A stretch of 64,000 nt of DNA from Bacteroidetes bacterium UBA6183 (GCA_002422865.1 DITN01000094.1:12661-76660); one strand, 5' to 3'; counted from the first letter of the stretch, positions 1 to 11,620 are shown. Notes: generated by a model from the letters alone, not told the origin. Program-made: numbers and translations.

Positions 1-3000
1 GTTTGAATATAACGGCTGCTGTCGTGGCCTTCAATTGTTCCGGTTATTCCTGCCAACGTTAAATTAAAGTTGTTTAGTATAACCTTACCATTGGTAATGC
101 GCATGGTATCTTGAATGGTTACGTGACCGCCTAATTCAACCGATTGCGGGTTTCTAAATTCCAGTTTATGGTATGTGTTTCCTGGTATTACTTGACGCAA
201 GTTACCCATAAATCCAATCCAACCTTGCATGTGATTAATGGTTCCATATAACGTTAAACTGCCATAAATATTTAAACGTGCATTTGGGTGATTTAATAGC
301 AAGGTTGCACCGTTTTGAATATTGAGGTTGCGCACATTTACAGCCTGTGTTAATGCTGGCATATTTAATGCGTTTGATAAAATGGTAACTTGGCTGTTTG
401 AGTCAGGAATAATCGGGCAACTCCAATTGGCCGTATTGGTCCATACATTACTAGCAGTGCCAAGCCATACTCCGGGTTGCGTAATACTAACGCGTATCTC
501 GTTCGAGAAAACTTGTCCGCATCCACCACTTACCCTTACTTTATATAATCCAGTATCATTTGGAGTGAGTGCAGGAATAGTATATCCATTACTTTGTGCA
601 CCGGTTAACGGTAAATTATTTTTAAACCACTGATAAGTAAGTGTTCCTTGTCCTGTTGCTGTAATACTTAAATTTACGGTATTGCCTGAGCAGGTAGCTA
701 TGTTTTGTGGTTGTATTGTAATTTGAGTTGTTTGGTTGCTGTTAATAGTAATAACTGAACTTGTTGCGCTCCCACAGTTATTGGTTACAGCTACTGAGTA
801 ATTACCAACCTGTTTAGCATAAACAAAAGAGGTATCACTGCTTATTACATTTCCATTTAATCTCCATAAGTATGTTGTATTTGGAACTGCTGTAATACTA
901 AGAAAAACACTGTCACCGGGGCAAATATTAGCCGAGGAGGAATTAATAGCCGGAGTGGCAGGTGGTGTTCCCGTAATACTTACATTAATCTGATTTGCAG
1001 CAGCAACTGTTCCGCAGCTGTTAGTGAGTTGTATGGAATAATTTCCCGCTTGGTTGGCCACCAATACATTTGAATTTGCACCAATATTCACCGTGTCACG
1101 TTTCCATTGGTACGTAACATCACTTTGACTTGGAATGCTTAGTTGTACGTTGGCATTGCTACATATTTGGGTTGAACCATTTGCCGTAATAGTAGGAATT
1201 GATGGAGTAGAAGTTGAATTAATCGTTACCGATGAGGTGGAAGTAATGGTATCACAAATTGCAAAGAGTTTTACTTTGTATATACCGGGTGAAGTTGCTG
1301 TGTATATTGAAGAATTGCCTCCTATAGCGGTATCATTTCTTAACCACTGATAAGTAACACCTGGTTGGGACGCTATACTAAGTTGAGTACTTCCAATACC
1401 AAAACAAAAGTTGGTACTTCCATTTACATTTATGCTTGTTGGTTGTGTAGGTAAGCGATTTATGGTAATTGCATTGGGCGAAGATGCTCCATTTGCAATT
1501 GGATTGGATGTAGTAACTCTTATTCTATAGTTGGTTCCAGGTAATGTATTTGACGGAATGGTTGCTAAGATACTTCCTGTGCTATCCGTTGAATTGAATG
1601 TTCCAATATTCACGGGATTACCAAAATTTCCGGCCGAGTCACTGAGTTGGACAGTATATACATTTCCGGCTGCAACCGGATTGTTTCTTACAAAAGGAAC
1701 TTGTAAGCTGCTTCCTTGACAAATTGGAGAATTTAACCAGCCGACATCAACTGCGCTGCCTGTAAAGCATGATAAGTTAAACGAAAATCCGGCTTGAGTA
1801 CTTGCAGAAGTATTGCTGCTTCTTAACCTGAATGTTAGTGAACTGCCTGTTGATTGTAAGGCTACCGGAGGTAAATTTCCATTGTTGTATGTACCAATTA
1901 ACGGTGCATTTATTGAAGCTCCGTCATATACATCTAAAAAATGACCTCCATTAAATTGGTTAATGTTAAACATTGTTCTTACAGCTCTAATACGTTGACC
2001 GCTGTATGAAGTGAAGGTTTGTATAAAAGTACCATAAGGATAATTGCCATTTCCTCCTGGATCAGTAAATACCCCATTACAAGTAAATCGTTCACCACTG
2101 CTCATCACATAACTTACTGCTGTGTTTGAATTGTTCACACAACTTACATAAGCTTGCCAACCTCTTGCATTAAGCGTTCCGTTGGAAGTAAATTTAAATG
2201 TTAGGTGTGTTCCACTGGAGGTTAACGTCTCCAATATCGAACCTGAAACATACACACCTAATAAAGGAGCAGTGGTATTGTTACCATCATAAATGCGTAA
2301 CGTATCGCCAGTATTAAATTGTGTAACCAAGCTATTAAAAGTAATACGTAATGGTAATCCGCTAGCTGATTGTAGGGTTAAGGTTTGATTCAGGTTGTCA
2401 GCGTAATTTGATGTGGCACCGCCATTATCATAAAATACAGCATCACATACTTGCATTACAGTGTCACTCATATTAATCACTTGAAAAATAGGTGTGGTGC
2501 AAGTAAGTGTTGCAGTAAATCCAGTTCGAGTTGAAGCATTGGTGTTGTTGGAGTTAAACTCAACAGTTAAAAATCTTCCTGTTGATTCAACAGTACTGTT
2601 AGGAGGGAAGTTCCATTCGTTGTACGAACCAATGATGGGGAAAGTGGCATCCGGTCCATCGTATACAGTAACCCAATGTCCGCCATTATTTCCGTTTACA
2701 TTTAACTCAGTAAAGTTGAGACGAATTCTATTTCCATTGTATGAAGCAAACGTTTGTCTCCAAAATCCATAACCGTAATTTCCTGTACCGCCTGGGTCAC
2801 GGATAATGGCATCGCAAGTATAACGCACCCCACTACTCAGTGCAAAGTTTTGTTGGGTAGGATTGGTGTTTACACAACTTACATTGGCTTGCCAACCTCT
2901 GCCATTGCTTGTTGCATTTGATTTGAAAACAAAGGTCAGACAAGTGCCATTAGACAACAATGGTTCAAAAGTAGAACCTTGGATATACACTGCAATTAAT

Positions 3001-6000
3001 TGAGCCGTTGTATTTGAACCATCGTATACCCAAAGTGTATCGCCCGTTCCTAATTGTGTTGTTATGTTGTTAAATACAAACTGTAGTTTTTGGTTATTGT
3101 CCGAACACAATGTTTGGGTGATGTTTCTGTTATCAGAATAGTTTGCAGAGGCACCACCATTATCATAAAATATAGCATCACATACTTGCATTACAGTATC
3201 ACTCATATTAATTACTTGTAAAACAGGTGTTGTACAAGTAAGTGTTGCAGTAAATCCAGTTCGAGTTGAAGCATTGGTGTTGTTGGAGTTAAATTCAACA
3301 GTTAAAAATCTTCCAGTCGATTCAACAGTACTGTTAGGAGGGAAGTTCCATTCGTTGTATGAACCGATGATGGGGAAAGTGGCATCCGGTCCATCGTATA
3401 CAGTAACCCAGTGTCCGCCATTATTTCCATTTACATTTAACTCAGTAAAGTTGAGACGAATTCTATTTCCATTGTATGAAGCAAACGTTTGTCTCCAAAA
3501 TCCATAACCGTAATTGCCTGTACCGCCTGGGTCACGGATAATGGCATCGCAAGTATAACGTACCCCACTACTTAGTGCAAAGGATTGTTGAGCAGGATTT
3601 GTGTTTACACAAGTTACATTGGCTTGCCAACCTCTGCCATTGCTTGTTGCATTTGATTTGAAAACAAAGGTTAAACAAGTGCTGCTTGATAATAAAGTTT
3701 CAATAGTAGAACCTTGAATGTACACACCAATTAATTGAGCCGTTGTATTTGAACCATCGTATACCCAAAGTGTATCGCCCGTTCCTAATTGTGTTGTTAT
3801 GTTGTTAAATACAAACTGTAGTTTTTGGTTATTGTCCGAACACAATGTTTGGGTGATGTTTCTGTTATCAGAATAGTTTGCAGAGGCACCACCATTATCA
3901 TAAAATATAGCATCACATACTTGCATTACAGTGTCACTCATATTAATTACTTGTAAAACAGGTGTTGTACAAGTAAGTGTTGCAGTAAATCCAGTTCGAG
4001 TTGAAGCATTGGTATTGTTGGAGTTAAATTCAATGGTTAAAAATCGTCCGGTCGATTCAACCATACTATTAGGAGGGAAGTTCCATTCGTTGTACGAACC
4101 AATGATGGGGAAAGTGGCATCCGGTCCATCGTATACAGTAATCCAATGTCCGCCATTATTTCCATTTACATTTAACTCAGTAAAGTTGAGACGAATTCTA
4201 TTTCCATTGTATGAAGCAAACGTTTGTCTCCAAAATCCATAACCGTAATTGCCCGTTCCACCCGGATCGCGAATAATGGCATCACACGAGTAACGCACGC
4301 CACTGCTTAGTGCAAAAGTATCTTTACTAAAATGAGAGGGCACACACGAAACATTTGCCTGCCAGCCCTTATTATTGGTGGTTGCATTACTGGTAAATTT
4401 AAAAGTTAGCGTACTGTCTTTACTTTTTATAGGTTCAAAATTGCTACCATTTATTAAAACCGAAATCAGTTGAGCGGTAGTATCAACGCCATCATAAACA
4501 AATAAAGTATCACCACTGCTAAGCTGCGATTCGTTTGGGTTAAAAGTAAAACGTAGTTTGCCATTGGTAGCAACAAAACTTTGTACCTGATTCAGGTTAT
4601 TTGCATAGTTACTTGAAGAACCTCCTTGATCATACCATAGCGCACTGCAAGTTTGTTGGATATTATCATCCATTACAATAACTGGTAAAACAGGAGTGGT
4701 ACAAGTTAAATTACCGCTAAAGCCACTTTGTAATGATGCGTTGGTATTGTTTGAGTTAAATACAAAAGTTAGATACTCACCTGTGCTTTCAACTATGGCA
4801 GGAATAAAATTAAAATTGTTGTAAGAGCCGATTAATGGAGAAGCCGTTGTTGGTCCGTCATATATACTTAACCAATGCCCACCATTATTTCCATTTACAT
4901 TAAATTGGGTGTATGTAAACCTTAATCGAGTTCCTTCATTTGCTCTAAAGGTTTGTTGCCAATACCCATAACCGTAGTTACCGGTTCCACCTGGATCTAA
5001 TAATACGCCATTACAAATTTGATGCATTCCGGAACGCAAAGCGGTATTTTCTGCAATAGTCGGGTTTGTCATACAAGTAAAACTTGCATTCCAGCCAGTA
5101 CCAACGTTTGCACCATCGCTTTTAAACCAAAATGTAAGCATTGAATCTTTACTCCAGATGATGTCTGGTGCTGCATTTTGAATGTAGTAAGCAATAAGAA
5201 ATGATGAAGTATCAGCTCCGTCAAATACAAATAAGGTATCGCCTTGAGCCAAACCGAATGAGCTAAAATTAAATTGTAATCGTTGATTATTACCACTATA
5301 AAAGGTGTGAATAATAGATTGGTTTGAACTGTAGTTTTGACTTGGGCCTTCTGCATCATAAAACCCACCATTACATGCTGTGGTAATGGTATTTGTCATA
5401 GGGTATGATGGATAAATTGTGGTTGTATCTGCCCGATTGGTATAACATCCTGAGGCATTTAATACGCTATACAAAATAATGTGCTCGCCTTCATCTGCTA
5501 AAACCGGATTAAAGGTTGAGCCCGTCATACCATTACCAAAAAAAGTACCGCCTGTTGGTGTTGCACTTAAAGCAACTGGTGTGCTACCTGTATTTAAAAC
5601 TGGGGGAAGTGAATTAAAAGAAATGGTTGGTTGAACTGCAAGGTTGTTAATAGTTATTAGCTTTGTGGTAACAATACTATCGCATAATCCTTGTTTAATA
5701 ATAAGTTGATAGTTTCCAGAATTTGCATTACTTACATTGGCTATTAACGGTTGACGTATAGAAGAGGAAAATCCATTTGGTCCACTCCATTGATAGGTTG
5801 CACCCGGTAATATTGGTGCATTTAGTTGCAGTATATTCCCGGCACATGGAATAGGATTGTGTATAATTAATCCATCATTTGCAAGGGCTTGAATTTCATT
5901 AATCGTGAGTGCACGGTTAAACAGCATAAAATCATCAAATGAGGCATTAGCGAAAGCGTCAGCTGCCCAATTACTTCTACCTATCCAGCAATTTAGGCGG

Positions 6001-7510
6001 TTTAAAAATTTAGGAATCCCTGAGTTTGCGGTGGCTGCCAATATTCCGTCAAGGTATATTTTAATTGTAGTACCATCAAATTGAACGAGATAATGATTCC
6101 ATTGGTTTAACTTTAAACCAGGTGCATTAGTAAGAGCAAACCCTGTACTTAAATTACCAAAATATGTTTCGGCTTGTTGTCGGTTTGCAGTACCTTGAAA
6201 CAAGGTAGCAGTAACATTATCACTCGCACTGCCATTACCAAAATCAAATAACCTTGCCCAATTGGTAATACTATTTGGTTTTACCCAGCAACTCACTGTA
6301 AAAGGTCCGTTAAACCAAACTCCTGATGGAGCGGCTGCAAATGCACTTACCCCATTTAATTGCAAAGCACCAACTGGATTGCCAAATCTATCGGCACCAT
6401 AACTTGCACCACCACTAAGTGTGGCATGAAATCCATTGCCCGATGAGTCACCGGAATTTGTGTCAAATGGGTACCAAAGTAAACGATTTCGTTTTAAGGT
6501 TGTCCACCCATCACCCGGATTGTTTATGGTGTATGTTTGTATACTGGTATTGCCAACTAATTGCGGAAAACTTGAAACAATTCTTATTTTATAATAAGTA
6601 CCCGTTGATACAAAAGCGGGTATGGTTATTTGAATGGTATCGTTGGTAACACTTAACTTTGTTCCTAATGTGTAGGGTTGAGAAAAATTGCCATTTTCGT
6701 CACTTAATTGTGCTGTGTATATATTGCCGCTTTGTAATCCTGTTCCAAAAATCATTAAAGGCAATGCATAGCTTTTGCCTGCACATAACTCAGTAATGTT
6801 TAAATTAAGAGGAAGTAAGGTAATTGGTGAGGAGGCACTAAGTATTTCAATTTCTTGGGTATTTAACACTTGGCTGTATAACCTTAACTCATCAATAAAA
6901 CCTCTAAAAAATGAGTTATTTGATTGATTAACTACGTTACCTCCAATTCGGGTGTTGGTGGTATTTGTTCCAATAACATGGTTTCCGTTTATGGTGTTCA
7001 TTAATATACCATTCAGGTATATGCGCATTTGCGTTGAAGTGGTAGTTATAGCTAAGTGTTGCCAAGTACTGAGGGTGGAAGACAAACTAATGTTGGTGGT
7101 ACCCGAAGTTGGATGAAATATACTTAATCGATTAGGGTTGGTGTAAAAACCAATTTCAAATAAGTTATCCTGACCAAAAATGCTCATGCCATTTAACAAA
7201 CTTGTGATGTTAAACCACATACTTACGGTTAGTTGTGTTCTGCCACTTAATAAAGGAGAACCAAAATCTAATAGGCCTTGCTCGTGTTCTCCATTAAAGA
7301 ACATAGCATGGTTTTGTATTCCTTGTCTGTTTATGCCAGAGTAAACGCCATTTAGTGTGGAGGTAGCGTTATTATTTTGTCCACTTACATCGCTTGCATT
7401 TCCGTTTAGCGGCAAATAAGCAATAATACTGTCGTTAAGGTTTACCTGAGCATTTATAGGCTTAATACCAAGTAATACTAAAAGAACTGCGGTAATAATT
7501 TTAAGTTTCA
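1..7510 (-). CDS. Giant secreted adhesin-like protein, partial (N-terminal >2500 aa in window): signal peptide, LamG/concanavalin-like domain, ~5 tandem CUB-like ~245-aa repeat units, then Ig-like repeat units; probable T9SS substrate (C-terminus outside window)
   Basis: ATG at 7510 (minus strand) followed by signal peptide MKLKIITAVLLVLLGIKPINAQ. No minus-strand stop-bounded ORF is listed for 1-7510, consistent with an edge-touching ORF omitted from the track. By-eye translation shows LamG-like 'YLPLNGNASDVSG', recurring 'RDPGGTGNYGYGFWRQTF...VYDGPD...GF.A.LTC' CUB-like units, and downstream 'YQW..N...G...Y.A...G.Y' Ig-like units. Confidence 0.7.
1740..5400 (-). repeat. Intragenic tandem coding repeats, period ~736-744 bp (~245 aa), ~5 copies; the three central copies (~2461-3196, 3197-3940, 3941-4680) are near-identical
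   Basis: The string 'gt(g/a)tcactcatattaat...caagtaagtgttgcagtaaatccagttcgagttgaagcattggt' recurs at 2461, 3197 and 3941. The plus-strand ORFs 2494-2772, 3274-3507 and 3931-4242 are near-identical antisense shadows of the same repeats. Confidence 0.8.
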
Positions 7511-7527
7511 TAAAAAAGTTAGAAACT

Positions 7528-7535
7528 TCAAATAT
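7528..7535 (-). promoter_or_regulatory. Candidate Bacteroidetes -7 promoter element (TATATTTG, TAnnTTTG consensus) ~17 nt upstream of the adhesin ATG
   Basis: Minus-sense 'ttttaTATATTTGaagtttctaacttttttATG'. The motif matches the established Bacteroidetes sigmaA -7 consensus, but no -33 TTTG is evident. Confidence 0.25.
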
Positions 7536-7654
7536 AAAAGAAACATGAATTTTAGTAAGTACTTATTAATGCTATCATTAATTTTTTATGTTTGGAAATT
7601 AGTATTGGAGCATATTCTATAAACAATAAGTTTAAGACAATTTTATAGAAGCAG

Positions 7655-7726
7655 TAGTCTCGACAGGAATCGAACCTGTATCAAATGTTTAGGAAACATC
7701 TATTCTATCCATTGAACTACGAGACC
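7655..7726 (-). tRNA. tRNA-Arg (anticodon CCT), no encoded CCA
   Basis: Minus-sense GGTCTCGTAGTTCAATGGATAGAATAGATGTTTCCTAAACATTTGATACAGGTTCGATTCCTGTCGAGACTA folds as a cloverleaf. Acceptor is 7 bp with G1·U72, D stem GTTC/GAAT, anticodon stem GATGT/ACATT, loop TTCCTAA, T arm ACAGG-TTCGATT-CCTGT. Confidence 0.85.
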
Positions 7727-7728
7727 AT
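7700..7728. repeat. attL core: 29-bp direct repeat (tRNA-Arg positions 1-27 plus 2 nt upstream)
   Basis: Exact match to 32817-32845. The flanking sequences diverge immediately on both sides. Confidence 0.8.
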
Positions 7729-7792
7729 AAACCCTTGCTGGGCTTGGGTCAAATATAATAAAGTTTTATAAAAATGAGTCATTTTTCACCAT

Positions 7793-7817
7793 TTACTGCT
7801 CAATTCACTGCTCAAAA
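7793..7817. repeat. Left arm-type direct repeat TTACTGCTCAATTCACTGCTCAA, a tandem 'ACTGCTCAA' duplet, overlapping the 3' end of int
   Basis: 23/24 identity with 32704-32729. Both copies lie inside the island in the same orientation, 65 and 87 bp from the respective core repeats. Confidence 0.6.
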
Positions 7818-9299
7818 TTTTTCATAAAATTCCCTTGCTGCAAAACGACTTTCATGGTTATAATGTCTTGAATTTAAGTATATTTTGGTTGTCTTTTCTG
7901 AGGCATGGTTCAGTGTACCCTGTATTTGATGTGTAGTAAATCCTGCTTCTCTCATGTGTCTTGCTACTGTATGTCTTGGTGTATGTCCACTTAAATCTTC
8001 TATACCCAATGCTTCTCCAATCCGTTTTATTGCACCATTATGTTTGGCTCTGCACCGCTGAATTTGGTATTCATGTTTCTTATTAAAGTTTTTGTAATTG
8101 TACATCGTTCCTTTAAAGTCTTTTACTTTCAGGTAGGGGAAAATAAACCTTTCTTCTTCTTCACTTAAAATCTCAAAAAATCTGTTTACAACTGCACGCT
8201 GTAGTTTAACCCTTATCTCAGTTATTTTCTCAACTACAAGGTGTGAAAAGTCATCGGTTTTTTCTTTCAGTTGAATCTCCAAATCTATTAAGTCATCCAC
8301 TGTCCACTTTGTAATTGGTTTGTGATATCCTATTTGAACCATATTGGCAATCGTTTTTATCGGCAGCCTTAACTCTGATAAGGTTACACCGCCATTAACT
8401 TGTTTTACCAATTCTGGGTAATAATTCGTTAGCGCGTTAAGCATTTGATAATTTACATCAACTACTGTTGTGTCATCTATTTTTCTGGTAGGTATGAACA
8501 GACTACCGGACTTATACATCTTGTTTGTAAGTAATATTGCATCCTGAAATCGAATACCTGAGCAGTAGTATTGAAAGATAAATACACTTTGGGCCAATTT
8601 CTCTGATTCAGCACCCCGGTTTCCTTTTGGTTTGTAATCAATTAATTCCTGAATTTGAATAGGCTCGGGAACTTTTATCTTTTGTAGTTTTTCAACTCGA
8701 ATATCCGCGGTGAATGGTAGTGTATTGATTGGGTTTTGCGTTCCACTAATCGTGTTCCAACGTTTTACAATAGAGGCAAACAACGACATATACGATCTTA
8801 ATGCTTTATTCGATTTAACCTTACCTGTCTTTCTTGAAACCCTTATTTCTTCTCGTATTTTTTCAATTTCTGAAATATTTCTCAAAGCCTTGAAGGGTAT
8901 ATATTCCGTGCCGTAAAGTTTGATTGCTGCCTCCTTAAAATTGTTGAAGATGATTACGTATTTGTCTGCAGACCCCGTTGCAATGTTCTTATTTTTATGA
9001 TTACGTTTAATTTCCTCTTCAAATAATTTTAGTGCACATTGTTCGTCAGGTAATAATCCACCATGTTTTATTTCTTTTTCAAACGATTCAACTACATGGT
9101 CTATTATGTTGTTTATTGGCTCTGATTCTATGTAATTTTTCTTAACTCTCCCGTTTGTTTTCTCCCAGTATTTGAACGGCACTCTTATTTTGTAACTTTT
9201 CCGTTCTAGCACTTTAGCCCCCTCAAGTTTATAATGACAAAGTACACCTGTCTCCTTATCCTTTTTGTTACTGCGCAAATAAAATTTGATGTGTGCCAT
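7812..9299 (-). CDS. int: Tyrosine site-specific integrase (phage integrase family)
   Basis: 495 aa. The C-terminal catalytic region 'HTPRHTVARHM...HQIQGTLNHASEKTTKIYLN' carries the His-x-x-Arg, second His and nucleophile Tyr pattern. The gene abuts the tRNA and attL. Confidence 0.85.
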   Translation of the reverse strand: MAHIKFYLRSNKKDKETGVLCHYKLEGAKVLERKSYKIRVPFKYWEKTNGRVKKNYIESEPINNIIDHVVESFEKEIKHGGLLPDEQCALKLFEEEIKRNHKNKNIATGSADKYVIIFNNFKEAAIKLYGTEYIPFKALRNISEIEKIREEIRVSRKTGKVKSNKALRSYMSLFASIVKRWNTISGTQNPINTLPFTADIRVEKLQKIKVPEPIQIQELIDYKPKGNRGAESEKLAQSVFIFQYYCSGIRFQDAILLTNKMYKSGSLFIPTRKIDDTTVVDVNYQMLNALTNYYPELVKQVNGGVTLSELRLPIKTIANMVQIGYHKPITKWTVDDLIDLEIQLKEKTDDFSHLVVEKITEIRVKLQRAVVNRFFEILSEEEERFIFPYLKVKDFKGTMYNYKNFNKKHEYQIQRCRAKHNGAIKRIGEALGIEDLSGHTPRHTVARHMREAGFTTHQIQGTLNHASEKTTKIYLNSRHYNHESRFAAREFYEKF

Positions 9300-9301
9300 C
9301 G

Positions 9302-9607
9302 CTAATATACCTTTCTAAGTTTATGGTTTATTCTATTAACCAAAATACTTTCTAATCCTTGGTGTAGCGCTAAGATAAAGCGTTTTCGTCCATCTACAAT
9401 ATAATTTTCTGTATCAATTGTTATAGGTTGCGTGTTGGTGTAATCTATGTTTTCTGAAAACAAAAATTCCAGTTCACTGATTTGTAGTTCCTCTCCATCT
9501 TTTATTTTTATTTCCTCCAATCTAACGCACTCAGGTGTTTGTTCACTTTTAGTGTGTACTTTTAGTTCACTTGTGTGGTTTTGATATGTCTGTCTGAGAA
9601 GATTCAC
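9302..9607 (-). CDS. Small ParB N-terminal-like domain protein immediately upstream of int (possible recombination directionality/accessory factor)
   Basis: 101 aa. 'YIVDGRKRFILALHQGLE' resembles the ParB/Srx 'DGxHR..A' motif also present in the neighbouring MTase N-terminus. Its stop is 3 nt from the int start codon. Confidence 0.45.
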   Translation of the reverse strand: MNLLRQTYQNHTSELKVHTKSEQTPECVRLEEIKIKDGEELQISELEFLFSENIDYTNTQPITIDTENYIVDGRKRFILALHQGLESILVNRINHKLRKVY

Positions 9608-9743
9608 TGGATTATATTTTACCGCTATTTATATACTGGTTTTAAATTTTTAAAATTGTTACTGCACTTGATTTAGGGCAGGGTTTCCTGCATCGTTTTT
9701 TGTTGAATATTTAGGTTTCTTTCTTTTGATTGAAACTACTGCA

Positions 9744-9761
9744 GGGGGATATTTCACCCCC
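9744..9761 (-). terminator. GC hairpin (GGGGG-atatttca-CCCCC) downstream of the ParB-MTase gene
   Basis: Perfect 5-bp G/C stem. The U-run is weak. Confidence 0.35.
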
Positions 9762-9816
9762 TCACAGTTGAATTACTTGAATAGATTCTTACGACAAATA
9801 ATGTACTCCAGAATCA

Positions 9817-11340
9817 CTAGGCTGCAATGTTTAATTCAGTCTGGTTATTTTCCTCGTTAAGGAAATAATTAAACCTTTTTGAAGAAAATTCAATTGATGC
9901 AGGGTCTACATCATATCCAACAACGTTTCTTCCCATTGTTAAACCTATTCCAACTGTACCTGAGCCAACAAAGGCATCAAGTAAAGTATCACCCGGATTT
10001 GAATATGCTTTTATGAATTTTTCGTAGGTTTTAGTACATGCTGGTGCATCGTGTCTAAAATCGGGGTCTATCATTTTGAACTCATTTTTATTAAACGCTG
10101 GTGTTTTTATAACATTAGTAAGATGTTTTACATCATTACCCTTATAATATTTACGCTGTCCGTTTTTCTTTCTTTTTGACTTTTTTAATCCAATTACTTT
10201 GTCTGAATCATCATCTTCATCCTCAACCAAGTTAAATGTCATTTCACCCCCGGGTTTACTCACCACAATTGCCACCTCGTAAGCAGGTTGAAATCTGTTT
10301 TTAAGATCCTGTGGTACTGGGTTTTCCTTGGCTAAAATATTCATATCTACACCAATCCATCCGTCTTCAATCAACGCAGTCATTAACCTTGGACAAATAG
10401 CGTTGTAGCCACCTAAATATGATTCACCAATGATTATCACATTCATACCACCCGGTTTTAGTTTAGTTTTTATTCCACGGTTAAATTTAATCTGATTTTC
10501 TATGTATTCTGAAACAGTTTTTTCTTTACCGTGTTTCATATCATCCTGATTCGGATAATTCCTTTGATTGAAATAGGGTGGGCTTTGAATAGCCATGTCA
10601 ATTGATTCGTCTTCTAAGTCACTGAGGTCAAGTGATGACTTATTGAATAGTTTATACCTAGTTGTTTGAGTGTTGATTAAACCGCCCAAAACCCTCTGTT
10701 TAGCTTGTTCTTTAGAGTGACTTAATTTATACATCTCAAATACTTTGTAAGCACCATGCGGTGAAGTTTCCCCCTTGTCTAATTGATCTATTAAATCCAA
10801 TTTAACCTGTTCGGGTAGATAGGTTTCATCTTCAAAAATTGTCATTATTTTTCTAAGTGTTTTCGAACCGTAATCACAATCTACTTGTATTGTTGCCCAT
10901 TCCATTCTTTCTTTTTTAATACCCTCTGGAAATTCGACTTCATCCCATTCGGTTCTTTTTTTTCCGCGCTGTCTTCCTAACGGATAAAGTATGTGGTTTA
11001 GTTGATTGTAAATTTCAGACCATGTTCTTTTGGTGTTTGTGTTGTTGATAATATGGTCATCTACGATTTCAACGTTTTCGCTTAAATCAATAATCTCACA
11101 GTCCAGTTCGTTGAACTCTTCTGGGTTTTCCTTATTCAATTCCTTTGCAGCAATCAATCTTTTTACACCATCAACAATGAGATAGGCATCATCTCCATTG
11201 TTAACTACTTTGATGCAGTTACGCTGTCCTTTCGTTTTTAAACTGAACTTCATTTTGTTACATAAACGTGGTTCTGACACCTTTTTTACTCCTTGATGAA
11301 CTCCAAGTTGATCAAGAGTGATTCTTTTAATTTTTAACAT
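9817..11340 (-). CDS. ParB-like nuclease domain fused to an N6-adenine/N4-cytosine DNA methyltransferase (beta-class, orphan MTase)
   Basis: 507 aa. The N-terminal 'LIVDGVKRLIAAKEL' is a ParB motif. Motif IV is 'SPPY' (QSPPYFNQ) and the AdoMet motif I 'LLDAFVGSGTVGIG' lies C-terminal to it. Confidence 0.75.
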   Translation of the reverse strand: MLKIKRITLDQLGVHQGVKKVSEPRLCNKMKFSLKTKGQRNCIKVVNNGDDAYLIVDGVKRLIAAKELNKENPEEFNELDCEIIDLSENVEIVDDHIINNTNTKRTWSEIYNQLNHILYPLGRQRGKKRTEWDEVEFPEGIKKERMEWATIQVDCDYGSKTLRKIMTIFEDETYLPEQVKLDLIDQLDKGETSPHGAYKVFEMYKLSHSKEQAKQRVLGGLINTQTTRYKLFNKSSLDLSDLEDESIDMAIQSPPYFNQRNYPNQDDMKHGKEKTVSEYIENQIKFNRGIKTKLKPGGMNVIIIGESYLGGYNAICPRLMTALIEDGWIGVDMNILAKENPVPQDLKNRFQPAYEVAIVVSKPGGEMTFNLVEDEDDDSDKVIGLKKSKRKKNGQRKYYKGNDVKHLTNVIKTPAFNKNEFKMIDPDFRHDAPACTKTYEKFIKAYSNPGDTLLDAFVGSGTVGIGLTMGRNVVGYDVDPASIEFSSKRFNYFLNEENNQTELNIAA

Positions 11341-11620
11341 TTTGTTTTATACCCCTTAAAATTTGGAACAATTAGGGGCGTAGTTGTTCCATGTCCAGTA
11401 TGAAATCACTTCCACTGAACTAATTAATATTTAAAAATTAACTGACTAGGTCTATCTCATAGGTTGAGGATATTATGTTTTATTCTGTTTGGACTTCGTA
11501 TCTTTATACCCCTGTGTTTATCCATAATGTTTATGTTTGTATTTTTTGTGCGCGCAAATCCACTTCCAATACATACATAATGTATAGGTTTGTATTTTTA
11601 TGGCAAAAAAAATTACTTAG

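Noticed and set aside
322-6649. Plus-strand ORFs 322-633, 1135-1350, 1531-1719, 2494-2772, 3274-3507, 3931-4242 and 6419-6649 inside the left giant gene
   Set aside because: They are antisense to a continuous minus-strand coding region. The near-identical trio (2494/3274/3931) simply mirrors the coding tandem repeats, and none has a signal or motif of its own
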